DNA from: an uncultured Bacilli bacterium
Lineage (GTDB): Bacteria; Bacillota_I; Bacilli_A; RF39; UBA660
NCBI GenBank assembly: GCA_934087065.1
Contig: CAKOIS010000005.1
Location: 2,789-66,788 of the forward strand
DNA length: 64,000 nt
Direction: 5' to 3'
The notes under the pieces are model-generated. The model did not search any database and was not told the origin of the DNA. It worked only from the letters and a program-made list of their open reading frames with translations. Of this stretch, positions 50,157 through 60,391 are shown one piece after another; within the stretch, counting starts at the first letter, position 1, and each line of letters opens with the position of its first letter. The position numbers were made by a program, and so were the translations under genes.

Positions 50157-50861
50157 ATGCAACAGTATTTTAGTAAAAAAAGAGAAAATGATATTTTGTA
50201 TTTGGATAGTTGTGACTTTCATCACATTAAGAACGTTATGAGAATTAAAAGTCATGACAGTGTTATTGTGGGCTACGATGGCATTCTTTATATGTGTTTG
50301 ATGAACGAGGACTTAACAAGCGTGACTATTAAAAGTGTGTATAAGGAAAGTGACGATGCAAAAGTAATAGTCTATATGCCAGTGTTAAGTGATGAAAAGA
50401 TGTCTTTTATAATTGAAAAAGGAACAGAAATGGGTGTTACTAAATTTGTGCCTGTACAGTACGAAAGATGTAAATTTGTGATTAATAAAGATAAGGTAAG
50501 TAAGAAGTTAGAAAGGTATAATAAAATAGCTAAAGAAGCAAGTGAGCAAGCAAGAAGAACACGTGTTACTGAAGTGTCTGATATTATTAAGGTTGACACT
50601 ATTGATAAGATAGATGGTGTAAATATAGTGTGTTCACTTGACAAAGATAATGTAAAAAGAATAAAAGAGGTGTTAAATGATAAGACTATTTGTGATACAA
50701 TTAGTATAGCATTTGGACCTGAAGGAGGACTTACAAGTAAAGAAGAAAGTGTACTTGTAAATAAAGGTTTCATAAAGACTTCGTTAGGTAGTAATGTGCT
50801 TAGAACAGAAACTGTAGTAATCGCGGTGTGTTCAATAATAAACTATGTAAAGGGTGAATGA
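50157..50861 (+). CDS. rsmE: 16S rRNA (uracil1498-N3)-methyltransferase
   Basis: 'MQQYF...HHIKNVMRIK' N-terminal PUA-like domain, SPOUT C-terminal domain. Adjacent to mtaB as in the Bacillus yqeU-yqeV pair. Confidence 0.7.
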   Translation: MQQYFSKKRENDILYLDSCDFHHIKNVMRIKSHDSVIVGYDGILYMCLMNEDLTSVTIKSVYKESDDAKVIVYMPVLSDEKMSFIIEKGTEMGVTKFVPVQYERCKFVINKDKVSKKLERYNKIAKEASEQARRTRVTEVSDIIKVDTIDKIDGVNIVCSLDKDNVKRIKEVLNDKTICDTISIAFGPEGGLTSKEESVLVNKGFIKTSLGSNVLRTETVVIAVCSIINYVKGE

Positions 50862-50864
50862 GTT

Positions 50865-51482
50865 ATGAAAAATGGAATAGATAATTTTATAGAGTTATTA
50901 GTTAAAGGAGACTTCTTTTTGATATTCTTAATAGTAATGATGATAGTGGTTACGTGTATTATTGCTTACTTAATCAAATTACAAATGAGCGAGAAGTATT
51001 ATGATGAAGATGAAGAAGATGATGAAGATAGTAACTTTGTGGAAAAATATATTCCATTAGAAGACAAAGAACCTGTTAAAAAGGTAGATCAAAAGAAGTT
51101 TGATTTTGAAAATAATACCATAGAAAGCTCTATTAAGAATTATGAAAGTGACCAAGAAGAAATGGCTATTATAAGTGCTGATGAGTTAGACAATAGAATT
51201 AGTAATATGAAAGAAACTGGTGAGTTTGACCGTCATTTAGAACAAATAGATGAGTATGAAGCTGAACAGGAAAATAAAGCTATCATTAGTTATGAAGAAC
51301 TACTTAAAAGAGCATCAACTAATACAGTAACTTATGAGAGTACAGAAAACTTAGGCGGTATTAAAGTTGGAAAAGTTGATACTTCTAAAATAGATATAAC
51401 AAGTGAAGAAAATAATACTCCATATTATAAAGAAGAAGCATTTTTAAGTGCTTTAAAGGAGTTTAGGGGGAGTTTACAATGA
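50865..51482 (+). CDS. hypothetical acidic protein with one N-terminal TM helix
   Basis: Inserted between rsmE and mtaB. D/E-rich. Confidence 0.4.
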   Translation: MKNGIDNFIELLVKGDFFLIFLIVMMIVVTCIIAYLIKLQMSEKYYDEDEEDDEDSNFVEKYIPLEDKEPVKKVDQKKFDFENNTIESSIKNYESDQEEMAIISADELDNRISNMKETGEFDRHLEQIDEYEAEQENKAIISYEELLKRASTNTVTYESTENLGGIKVGKVDTSKIDITSEENNTPYYKEEAFLSALKEFRGSLQ

Positions 51483-52735
51483 CATTTTGTATTAAGACAC
51501 TTGGTTGCAAAGTTAATACATATGAAAGTGAATTAATCCATAACCTTTTCATTAGAAAAGGTTATGTTTATTCTAAAGATAATGCTGATGTGTACGTAAT
51601 TAATACTTGCACAGTAACAAATATGAGTGATAGAAAATCTAGACAAATTATAAACACTACAAGAAGGGATAATAAAAATGCAATAATAGTGGTGTGTGGT
51701 TGTTTTAGTCAAAACGCTTTTAATTCAGGAAGGTTAGACGAAATAGATGCAGATATTATTATAGGAAATAAAGATAAAAGTAAAATAGTAGAGTATGTAG
51801 AAGATTACATCAAGAATAAAAGTAAGACTACTAAATTTTATAACATGGACGAAGTAGAATTTGAAAATATGGAACTAGATAGTATGGAAGGAAGAACACG
51901 TGCGTTTGTTAAAATTGAAGATGGGTGTGAGAACTTCTGTACTTACTGTATTATTCCTTATGTAAGGGGTAAAGTTAGAAGTAAAAGTCATGAAATGGTA
52001 ATAGAAGAAGTGACTAATTTAGTTAATAAGGGTTACAAAGAAGTAGTGTTAACTGGAATACATACTGGGCATTACGTGGATGAAGATTATAACTTTGAAC
52101 ATTTACTTAGAGATTTAGTTAATATTAGTGGACTACTTAGACTTAGAATATCTTCCATTGAGATAAATGAGTTAACTGATGGAGTACTTGACATCTTTAG
52201 TAAAAGTGATGTACTTGTACCACACTTACATATACCACTACAAAGTGGGAGTGACCATATTTTAAAAGAAATGAATAGAAAGTATGATAAGGAATATTTT
52301 ATAAATAGGATAGAATATATAAAGAGTATCAAAAAAAACGTTAGTATCACAACTGACGTAATCACTGGTTTTCCAGGAGAAACTGATATGGAACATTTAG
52401 AAAGTATGGAAACTATAAAGAATATAGGCTTTACTAAAGTACATGTTTTTCCATATAGTGACAGATACAATACAGTTGCAAGTAAGATGCCCAACAAGGT
52501 AGATGGTAATGTTAAAAAAACGAGAGTGAAAGATTTACTTGTGTTAAGTGATGAATTAGAAAGTAGTTTTAATTCTAAGTTTTATGGTAGAGTATTGCCG
52601 GTGTTAATTGAAGAAGAAAAAGATGGATACTTTTACGGACACACTGCAAACTTTATAAGAGTTAAAGTAAGTGGTAACTACAAACATAATGAAATATATA
52701 ATATAAAACTTAGTGAAGAAAATATAGTTAGATAA
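51479..52735 (+). CDS. mtaB: radical-SAM tRNA methylthiotransferase (MtaB-like)
   Basis: N-terminal MTTase Cys triad 'LGCKVN...CTVT...CGC', radical SAM 'CENFCTYC'. Confidence 0.75.
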   Translation: MTFCIKTLGCKVNTYESELIHNLFIRKGYVYSKDNADVYVINTCTVTNMSDRKSRQIINTTRRDNKNAIIVVCGCFSQNAFNSGRLDEIDADIIIGNKDKSKIVEYVEDYIKNKSKTTKFYNMDEVEFENMELDSMEGRTRAFVKIEDGCENFCTYCIIPYVRGKVRSKSHEMVIEEVTNLVNKGYKEVVLTGIHTGHYVDEDYNFEHLLRDLVNISGLLRLRISSIEINELTDGVLDIFSKSDVLVPHLHIPLQSGSDHILKEMNRKYDKEYFINRIEYIKSIKKNVSITTDVITGFPGETDMEHLESMETIKNIGFTKVHVFPYSDRYNTVASKMPNKVDGNVKKTRVKDLLVLSDELESSFNSKFYGRVLPVLIEEEKDGYFYGHTANFIRVKVSGNYKHNEIYNIKLSEENIVR

Positions 52736-52788
52736 GTCTTGTAAAAGGCTTTTCTTTTTGCTACAATATTTATTACTTGGGTGGTTTT

Positions 52789-53868
52789 ATGGAAAAGTAT
52801 TTGATTAATATTTTAAAAGATAAAGATTTTGACGAAATCGTAATAGGAGACGCGTGTATTTATAAAGAAGGAGAATATTTTATAGTAAGTGCATCTTACA
52901 GTGAATACAAGTTATCTAAAAAATTATACAGATATTTAAAATTAAATGGGTTAAACACTAAAGTGCGTATAGCTGACAATAAAACTCCCAATAAGAAAAA
53001 GATAGATAAATTATACCAAGGCATTCCAAAAAAAGACATTAGTTTTTTGTTTTATGCTGCTGATGGAATATTTAGTATATATGACTATGAAGGCTTAACT
53101 GAAGTTCAAAATTTAGTTAATTATTATAAATCGTTTATAGGTAAAGATATGTCAGCTCTTGAAAGATTATTAATGGCTTATGATATTGTGAAGAGCATTG
53201 TTTATGACTTTGAAGACGTTGACAAAGTGTATGGTGGTAATATTAAATATTACATGGATACCGGACGTATTGCCTGTGCTGGTTTTTCTACTTTACTTTC
53301 TATGATACTTGATAAAAATAGTAAAGACTTAATTGTTAGATGTGAAGGAATTTATGGACGTACTGAAAAAGACGATGGTCACGCTAGAAGTGTCGTTATT
53401 ATAGATGATAATAAATATAATTTTAAAGGACTGTTTGTAATGGACGCAACATTTGACTCAAATTTGGTAGATAATAATATTCTTATAAAGAGGGAAGATA
53501 ATTATAATTATTTTTTATTAAATGTGAAACAAGTAAATCGTGAATATTATAATTTTTTAGATAGTGAATTTTTTTCTAAAGTTAAATCTTATATGAAACT
53601 AAATAGTAAAAAGAATAAGTACAACCTTACTAATACTTTTGATGAAATGTTTGATGTAAGATTAAATAGAAATGAAATGGTTGAGCTTACTAAGAATTTT
53701 AGAAATCAAGAGACGATATTGAAGGCACTTGTAAGAGTGAGAAAACAAGAAGGTTATTCTGAATTTGAAACAATAAGAAGTTTACATAGATATTTGAGAG
53801 AAAATATTCCTAATACTAAAAAGATATTTGCTAGAAAAGTAAGAGATATTGTGAAAGAAAATTATTAA
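52789..53868 (+). CDS. hypothetical protein, possible transglutaminase-like fold
   Basis: Cys/His/Asp in 'RIACAGFS ... GHARSVVII ... FVMDATFD'. Confidence 0.35.
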   Translation: MEKYLINILKDKDFDEIVIGDACIYKEGEYFIVSASYSEYKLSKKLYRYLKLNGLNTKVRIADNKTPNKKKIDKLYQGIPKKDISFLFYAADGIFSIYDYEGLTEVQNLVNYYKSFIGKDMSALERLLMAYDIVKSIVYDFEDVDKVYGGNIKYYMDTGRIACAGFSTLLSMILDKNSKDLIVRCEGIYGRTEKDDGHARSVVIIDDNKYNFKGLFVMDATFDSNLVDNNILIKREDNYNYFLLNVKQVNREYYNFLDSEFFSKVKSYMKLNSKKNKYNLTNTFDEMFDVRLNRNEMVELTKNFRNQETILKALVRVRKQEGYSEFETIRSLHRYLRENIPNTKKIFARKVRDIVKENY

Positions 53869-53921
53869 ATAAGTGATGAAATGCTGTTTTAAGTTTAAAT
53901 TAAAGACTTATTGATTAAAAT

Positions 53922-54306
53922 AACTTGAAGTTTCAATTTGAAACTTCAAGTTTTGTAATTGTGCAAAAGTCGCATTATAATTTACAATGTGAATGTTAAA
54001 GAACTAGTTATGAAATATGCTAAAATATATTCAAACTTGAAGTCACAAATTGTGACTTCAAGTTGTAATAAAGCCAAGATACAAAGCATGACAATTATTT
54101 GAAAAAGCGCATAAAACTGTAAGTTTTAAAGATTTTTTTTAAATAAAAAAGTTCAAACTTGAAGTCACAATTTGTGACTTCAAGTTTGATAACATAATAT
54201 AAAAAATATAACAGTTATTAAAAAAGCAACGTAAAATCGTAAGCTTTAATAGAATTTTTAAACCGAAAAAGTGAAAACTTGAAGTTTCAAATTGAAACTT
54301 CAAGTT
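53922..54306. repeat. tandem array of four 31-33-bp perfect palindromes (AAACTTGAAGT[ttcaa|cacaa]N[ttgaa|ttgtg]ACTTCAAGTTT) at ~112-122-bp periodicity; inter-palindrome segments related
   Basis: Palindromes at 53922-53952, 54034-54064, 54156-54186, 54276-54306. Each is a perfect inverted repeat around one central nt. Spacers share 'aaaag(c/t)gcaTaaaa..gtaag.tttaa'. Confidence 0.85.
53953..53981 (+). promoter_or_regulatory. promoter TTGTAA-17-TATAAT abutting palindrome 1
   Basis: -35 starts at the nt after the palindrome. Confidence 0.4.
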
Positions 54307-54344
54307 TGTTACTTAAAAAATTACGAAAAAAGACAAACAATTAG

Positions 54345-54373
54345 TTGACAAACGAACGAGCATTTGTTAAAAT
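54345..54373 (+). promoter_or_regulatory. promoter TTGACA-17-TGtTAAAAT for the ORF6N-domain gene
   Basis: Consensus. Confidence 0.55.
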
Positions 54374-54417
54374 AAAAGTGTAGTTACAAAATAAATAAAG
54401 AAAAGGAGGTTTTGATA

Positions 54418-55281
54418 ATGGAGAATAGTATAATTTTAAGAGAAAATGAAGTAATAGAAAATTTAATTTATGAAATTAGAGGAAAACAAGTAATGTTAGA
54501 CTCAGACTTAGCAAAATTGTATGAATGTAAAAACGGTGCAAAAGTTATTAATCAAGCAGTGAAAAGAAATATAACTAAGTTTCCAGAAAGATATTGTTTT
54601 CAATTAACTGAAACTGAGTATAGAAACTTGAAGTTCCAAAATGGAACTTCAAGTTTGAATACCTATGGTGGAGTTAGAAAAATGCCGTTTGTATTTACAG
54701 AACAAGGTGTTGCAATGTTAGCGACAGTTTTAAAAACTCCTGTTGCTGACGCGGTTAGTATGAAAATAATAGATGCATTTGTGTATATGAGAAGATATTT
54801 ATCAGGTGTAACTGGTAGTAATATGTTAGTTAATCATGAAGAGAGAATATTAAAACTAGAAGAACAATTTAATAGGTTCTCAAGTAAAAGAAATACGATT
54901 ATTTATGAAGGAAAAATATATGACGCTTACAGCGTGATGTTAGATATATTTAATGAAGCTAATGACGAAATGATTATAGTGGATAATTATGTAAATAAAG
55001 AACTATTGGATATTTTAAGAGAAGTAGATAAAAAAATAATAGTCATATCAAATAATATGAATAATGAATTAATTAAGAAATATGAAAGTCAGTATGATAA
55101 TACTCAGTTTGTTAGTGATAATCCATTTCACGATAGATATATCATACTTGACAGAAAAGAAGTGTACGTAAGTGGAATGTCATTAAAAGATGTTGGTAAA
55201 AAATATAGTTATATAAATAAGATAGAAGAGAGCATTTTTATAAATGAATTAATTAAAAGAATTATAAAAATATTAAAGTGA
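54418..55281 (+). CDS. ORF6N-domain (KilA-N-like DNA-binding) protein with uncharacterised C-terminal domain
   Basis: AAGGAGG SD then ATG 54418. N-terminus 'LIYEIRGKQVMLDSDLAKLYECKNGAKVINQAVKRNITKFPERYCFQLT' matches the ORF6N signature. Contains a fifth palindrome copy at 54624-54656. Confidence 0.55.
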   Translation: MENSIILRENEVIENLIYEIRGKQVMLDSDLAKLYECKNGAKVINQAVKRNITKFPERYCFQLTETEYRNLKFQNGTSSLNTYGGVRKMPFVFTEQGVAMLATVLKTPVADAVSMKIIDAFVYMRRYLSGVTGSNMLVNHEERILKLEEQFNRFSSKRNTIIYEGKIYDAYSVMLDIFNEANDEMIIVDNYVNKELLDILREVDKKIIVISNNMNNELIKKYESQYDNTQFVSDNPFHDRYIILDRKEVYVSGMSLKDVGKKYSYINKIEESIFINELIKRIIKILK

Positions 55282-55395
55282 GCCATGAACTTTCAAATTT
55301 GCCCTTGTATTTAAGGGAAAACTATAGTATAATTAAATTACTTGAAAGGAGTGGCAGAAACGAGCCACTCTTTAATTTATGTATAAGGAGGATGT

Positions 55396-55644
55396 ATGAA
55401 AGAAAAACTTATGGAAGAATTAACTCCACTGTTAAGTGAAGTAGGAGTAAAAATTTATGATATTTCTTTTGAAAAAGAAGATGGAGTAGATACATTATTT
55501 ATTAAAATTGATAGTGATAAAGAAGTTGATACTGATTTATGTACTATGGTATCTAATATTGTTAACCCTGTAATTGACAAGTTAGATTTAATTAAGGAAG
55601 AGTATGTTTTAGACATATGTAGTAAAGGAGAAGAAAATGAATAA
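55396..55644 (+). CDS. rimP: ribosome maturation factor RimP (short, N-terminal domain only)
   Basis: Position upstream of nusA; 82 aa. Confidence 0.55.
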   Translation: MKEKLMEELTPLLSEVGVKIYDISFEKEDGVDTLFIKIDSDKEVDTDLCTMVSNIVNPVIDKLDLIKEEYVLDICSKGEENE

Positions 55645-56695
55645 TCAAGAATTTAAAAATGCGTTTGACTATTTAGTTAAAGAAAAAGGTTTAGACCCAG
55701 AATTAATAAAGGAAGCAATGACTAATGCGTTTACTGCAGCATATAAAAAGAATACTGGAGAAGACGCTGATATTAGATGTGAAATTAATACAGATAATGG
55801 AATGATTAGAGTATTTAAAAGAATGACTGTTGTTGATGGAGAATTAGAAAATCCCGATGCAGAGTATACATTAGAAGAAGCACAAGAAGAACACGAGGGT
55901 GCTCAAGTTGGAGATGTATACGAAACTGAAGTTGAAACCGAAGACTTTGGACGTGTTGCAATAAGTGTTGCTAAACAAGTTGTTTTACAAAAAATTCGTG
56001 AAGCTGAAAGAAATCAAGTAATGGACGAGTTTAGAGATAAAACAGATGAATTGATGATAGGTTTTTTAGCTATGGAAGACTCAAGAAACTATTATGTAGA
56101 CCTTGGAAAAGCAAGAGGAATATTACCTAAAAACGAATTAATTCCAGGAGAAAAACTAAATATGGGAGATAGTGTTAAAGTTTACGTTACTAAAGTTGAA
56201 GAGACTAGTAAAGGACCAAGCATTAGATTAAGTAGAAAACACTATGGTTTTGTAAAAAGATTATTTGAAAGTGAAATACCCGAGTTTAAAGATGGTTTAT
56301 TACTTATGCATGGTGTTGCTCGTGAAGCAGGTGTAAGAAGTAAAGTCGCAGTATCAAGTACAAGTGCAAACGTGGATGCAATTGGAAGTTGTATTGGAGA
56401 AAAAGGTAGACGTATTGCTTCAATTATTAAAGCTTTAAATGGAGAAAAAATAGACTTGGTTTTATATAGTGAAGACCCAGAAGTTTATATTGCAAATGCC
56501 TTAAGTCCAGCTAAAAATTTAAATGTAAGTATAATGGACGAAAAGAAAAAAGAAGCACTTGCTATAACTGATAAAGAAAATTTGAGTTTAGCTATAGGAA
56601 AACAAGGAATAAATATTAAGTTAGCTAGTAAGCTTACTAAGTATAATATACAAGTTAAAACTTTAGATGATATAAACAAACAAATTAATGAGTAA
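55637..56695 (+). CDS. nusA: transcription termination/antitermination factor NusA
   Basis: S1 and two KH domains; 352 aa. Confidence 0.9.
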   Translation: MNNQEFKNAFDYLVKEKGLDPELIKEAMTNAFTAAYKKNTGEDADIRCEINTDNGMIRVFKRMTVVDGELENPDAEYTLEEAQEEHEGAQVGDVYETEVETEDFGRVAISVAKQVVLQKIREAERNQVMDEFRDKTDELMIGFLAMEDSRNYYVDLGKARGILPKNELIPGEKLNMGDSVKVYVTKVEETSKGPSIRLSRKHYGFVKRLFESEIPEFKDGLLLMHGVAREAGVRSKVAVSSTSANVDAIGSCIGEKGRRIASIIKALNGEKIDLVLYSEDPEVYIANALSPAKNLNVSIMDEKKKEALAITDKENLSLAIGKQGINIKLASKLTKYNIQVKTLDDINKQINE

Positions 56696-56717
56696 AATAT
56701 AAAGGAGGTGTGTTTAC

Positions 56718-56969
56718 TTGAAAAAGATACCTATGAGAACTTGTGTTGTAACAAGAGAAAAATTAGAAAAGAAAGATTTGTTAAGAGTTGTTAGAACTCC
56801 TGAAGGAAATGTAATAGTAGATGACACACTAAAATCTAATGGAAGAGGTGCTTATCTAAAAAAAGATATTTCTGTAATAGAAAAAGCTAAGACTTCTAAA
56901 ATTCTAGATAAACATTTAGAAGTTCCTGTTCCATTAAATATATACGAAGATTTAAAAGAAAGGGTGTGA
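56718..56969 (+). CDS. ylxR: YlxR/RnpM-family (DUF448) RNA-binding protein
   Basis: TTG start after AAGGAGG. 'KKIPMRTCVVTREK...DLLRVV' typical of YlxR. Confidence 0.65.
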   Translation: MKKIPMRTCVVTREKLEKKDLLRVVRTPEGNVIVDDTLKSNGRGAYLKKDISVIEKAKTSKILDKHLEVPVPLNIYEDLKERV

Positions 56970-56974
56970 GATGT

Positions 56975-59077
56975 ATGACTGTAGAAGAATACGCAGTAGA
57001 CACTAATAATAGTATAGATGTAGTACTAAAAAAATGTAAGGAATTAGCAATTGATGTTAGTTCTAAAGACGATTTTCTAGAAGATGATGATATAATTATT
57101 CTAGATAATGAGTTAAATGGCGAAGAAAACTTACTTAGTGAAGAGTTAGAAAGCAAGTATGACTTTGAAGACCGAGCAGAAGAATTAATTGTAAATGAGA
57201 ACATTAAGACAGAGAGCCCTGTTAAAAAGATTAAGTTAAAGAAAAAAGATAGTACTAAAGATATAGAAAACTTCAAGAAAGAAAAGAAGAGTATCTATAA
57301 AAATAAGACTAAACTTCAAAGTAATATGAATGCTGAAAATAATGTTATTCTATATAAAGAAGGAATGACTGTAAAGGATTTAGCTAAAGTTTTAGGTGTA
57401 GGTGACGCTGACTTAGTTAAAAAGATGTTCATGATGGGACTTATGATTAATATTAACTCAAGCATTAGTTTTGAAGACGCAGAAGTAATTTGTATGGAAT
57501 ATAAAAAAGAGTTAAAGAAAGAAGCTAGTGTTGATATTAGTAACTTTGAAGAATATGAGATTATTGATAATGAAAATGACTTAGTAACTCGTCCACCAGT
57601 TGTAACTATTATGGGTCACGTTGACCATGGTAAAACTTCACTTCTTGATTATATAAGAAATACGCATGTAGTTAGTAAAGAAGCAGGAGGTATAACACAA
57701 GCAATTGGTGCATATCAAGTTGAAATAAATGGAAATAAAATCACATTTATAGATACACCAGGGCACGCAGCATTCACCGAAATGCGTGCTAGAGGTGCTA
57801 AAATAACAGATATAGTTGTAATAATAGTCGCAGCAGATGACGGGGTTATGCCTCAAACTAAGGAAGCTATTGACCACGCTAAAAGTGCTAAAGTACCAAT
57901 TATTGTTGCTATAAATAAAATAGATAAAACAACAGCTAACGTTGATAAAATAATGAGTGAAATGAGTGAATATGGTTTAACTCCTGAAGAATGGGGTGGA
58001 GATACAATATTTGTCAAGTTAAGTGCTCATACTGGTGAAAATGTTGACTTACTTCTAGAAAACATTATTGCTTTAGCTGAGATGGAAGAGTTAAAAGCTA
58101 ACCCTAAAAGATATGCAGTTGGAACTGTTATTGAAAGTAAACTAGATAAAAACAAAGGTGTAACAGCTTCACTTTTGATAAACAACGGTACACTGCGTTT
58201 AGGAGACCCAATTGTGGTAGGAAGCTCTTTTGGTAAAGTAAGAACACTAAAAGACTCTAACGGTAAAGACTTAACAAGTGCTGAACCTTCAATGCCTGTA
58301 GAGATAACTGGTCTTAATGAAGTACCAGTAGCTGGTGATAAATTTATGGCTTTTGAAGATGAAAAAACAGCAAGAAGCGTTGCTGAAAAAAGAAGCGTAT
58401 TAGAAAAAGAAAAGAAATTTACTAAAAAAGCGGTAAGCTTAGAAGACTTGTTTGAAAGAATAGAAAGTGGACATAAAGAAATTAATGTAGTACTTAAAAC
58501 TGATGTTAAAGGTAGTGAAGAAGCTGTTAAAAATGCTCTTGAAAAAATAAATGTTGAAGGAGTAAAAGTAACAGTTATAAGAAGTGGTGTTGGAACTATT
58601 ACTGAAAGTGATGTAGTTCTTGCAAGTGCTTCAAATGCAATTATAATAGGCTTTAATGTAGTGCCTAGCTCAAAAACAAAAGAAGCAGCTAAAAATTATA
58701 ACGTTGATATAAGACTATATAATATAATCTATAAGTTAGTTGAAGAAATAGAAAGTGCAATGAAAGGTATGTTAGACCCTGAATACGAAGAAGTGACAAC
58801 TGGTGAAGCAGAAATAAGACAAATATTTAAGTTCTCTAAAGTTGGAAATATTGCAGGTGTACACGTTACAAGTGGTGTAGTTAAAAATAATAGTGAGTGT
58901 AAACTTATTCGTGATGGAGTGATTATAACTACTACTAAGATAAAAAGTTTACAAAGAGAGAAAGATCAAGTTAAGGAAGTTAAAAGTGGATTTGACTGTG
59001 GTATAACTCTAGAAAATTATACTGATATTAAAGTAGGAGATACTATACTTACTTTTGAAATGAGAGAGGTAAAATGA
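56975..59077 (+). CDS. infB: translation initiation factor IF-2
   Basis: G domain '[12 protein letters not shown]', 'DTPGHAAF', 'NKID'. No L7Ae (ylxQ) gene between ylxR and infB. Confidence 0.9.
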   Translation: MTVEEYAVDTNNSIDVVLKKCKELAIDVSSKDDFLEDDDIIILDNELNGEENLLSEELESKYDFEDRAEELIVNENIKTESPVKKIKLKKKDSTKDIENFKKEKKSIYKNKTKLQSNMNAENNVILYKEGMTVKDLAKVLGVGDADLVKKMFMMGLMININSSISFEDAEVICMEYKKELKKEASVDISNFEEYEIIDNENDLVTRPPVVTIMGHVDHGKTSLLDYIRNTHVVSKEAGGITQAIGAYQVEINGNKITFIDTPGHAAFTEMRARGAKITDIVVIIVAADDGVMPQTKEAIDHAKSAKVPIIVAINKIDKTTANVDKIMSEMSEYGLTPEEWGGDTIFVKLSAHTGENVDLLLENIIALAEMEELKANPKRYAVGTVIESKLDKNKGVTASLLINNGTLRLGDPIVVGSSFGKVRTLKDSNGKDLTSAEPSMPVEITGLNEVPVAGDKFMAFEDEKTARSVAEKRSVLEKEKKFTKKAVSLEDLFERIESGHKEINVVLKTDVKGSEEAVKNALEKINVEGVKVTVIRSGVGTITESDVVLASASNAIIIGFNVVPSSKTKEAAKNYNVDIRLYNIIYKLVEEIESAMKGMLDPEYEEVTTGEAEIRQIFKFSKVGNIAGVHVTSGVVKNNSECKLIRDGVIITTTKIKSLQREKDQVKEVKSGFDCGITLENYTDIKVGDTILTFEMREVK

Positions 59078-59418
59078 AATTAAAAGGTGAAAGAGTAGCA
59101 AGTGATGTAATAAAAGAATTAAGTAATATCTTACTTACAGAAGTAAAAGATGATGACTTAAAAAAAGTAACGATTACATATGCAACTGTTACAAATGATT
59201 TATCAAGTGCCAAAATATATTTTACTACACTAGATGACGATAAACGCGATAAAGTAATTAAAGATATGAATAATGCAAGTGGTTACTTTAGAAGTGAACT
59301 AGCTAAACGTTTAAATATTAGACATATACCAGAATTACATTTTGTATATGATACTTCAATTGAATATGGACAAAAGATAGAAAGTATTATTAAAGAGATT
59401 AACGAAGAAGAAAGTTAA
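59074..59418 (+). CDS. rbfA: ribosome-binding factor A
   Basis: 114 aa, typical RbfA. Confidence 0.85.
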   Translation: MKLKGERVASDVIKELSNILLTEVKDDDLKKVTITYATVTNDLSSAKIYFTTLDDDKRDKVIKDMNNASGYFRSELAKRLNIRHIPELHFVYDTSIEYGQKIESIIKEINEEES

Positions 59419-59508
59419 TCTCTTTTTTAAATACAAAGTATACCATAGTAACCATACCCAAAAGAAAAAATTGTGTTATCATATAATTAGAAATAAAGAG
59501 GTTTGTAG

Positions 59509-60289
59509 TATGGTTAATTTTGTAATAGTTGAAGATAATAAGTTTCATATGATTAGGACTAAAGAAATAGTTTTAGAGTTTATGATGAAAAATAATTTTG
59601 CTTTTAAAATAAGAGAAGTGCCTGAAGTTGATGACAAGTTTTATGAAATGATTAAGTATGGGAATGCTAAGCAATTTATTTACATATTAGATTTTGAATT
59701 AGGTAATACTAATGCAATAGATGTTGCAAGAAGAATAAGAAAGTATGACTGGAAAAGTCCAATAATAGTTTTTACTGTTAATGGTGGAATGGCTTATGAT
59801 ACGTTTAAGAAAAGACTACAAATACTAGACTTTGTAAACAAACAATATGATGCAGAAAAGAATTTACATGAATTATTTGAAATATGTTTTAGAATGTTAA
59901 AAATTAGTAAAGAGTTTAGAGTTAACACTAATAAAGGAACATATTGTATAGATTATGCTGATATAAAATATTTTTGTAAAGACGCTACCGGTAGAAAAAG
60001 TGTTATTGTAACAGATGTAGCTGAATATAAAATACCTTTAACACTTAGTCAAATTAAAGGTTTAGTAGACAATACATTTGTCTATACTCATAAATCATAC
60101 TTAGTAAATAGAAAGAGAATACATTTGCTTGACTGGCAAACGCTTGAAGTAAATTTTGATAATGGCACCAGTGCTAGACTTTTATCAAGAACACACAAAA
60201 AGGAACTTGGAGAACTTGGACTTCCTTTTAAGCAACCACCTAAAGTAAAATATAAAAAAACCAATTTAAAAGACAAAGTAGGGTTTTAA
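59509..60289 (+). CDS. LytTR-family response regulator (receiver + LytTR DNA-binding domain)
   Basis: AAGAGG SD then ATG 59509 (MVNFVIVEDN...). C-terminal 'YCIDYADIKYFCKD...HKSYLVNRKRI' LytTR motifs. No cognate histidine kinase adjacent. Confidence 0.6.
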
Positions 60290-60391
60290 AAATCCTTTTT
60301 TCTTTACAGATATTTATCACTTAGTATTTGCATAAAATAAGTTTTATGATATAATTTAATTGTATATAATTAAGTAGGAAAGAGGTGTTAT

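Noticed and set aside
53922-54306. Possible CRISPR array (regularly spaced ~31-bp repeats)
   Set aside because: Repeats are perfect palindromes with variable inner halves. 'Spacers' are ~90 bp and homologous to each other. No cas genes nearby. It is a tandem repeat of a ~120-bp unit, not CRISPR.
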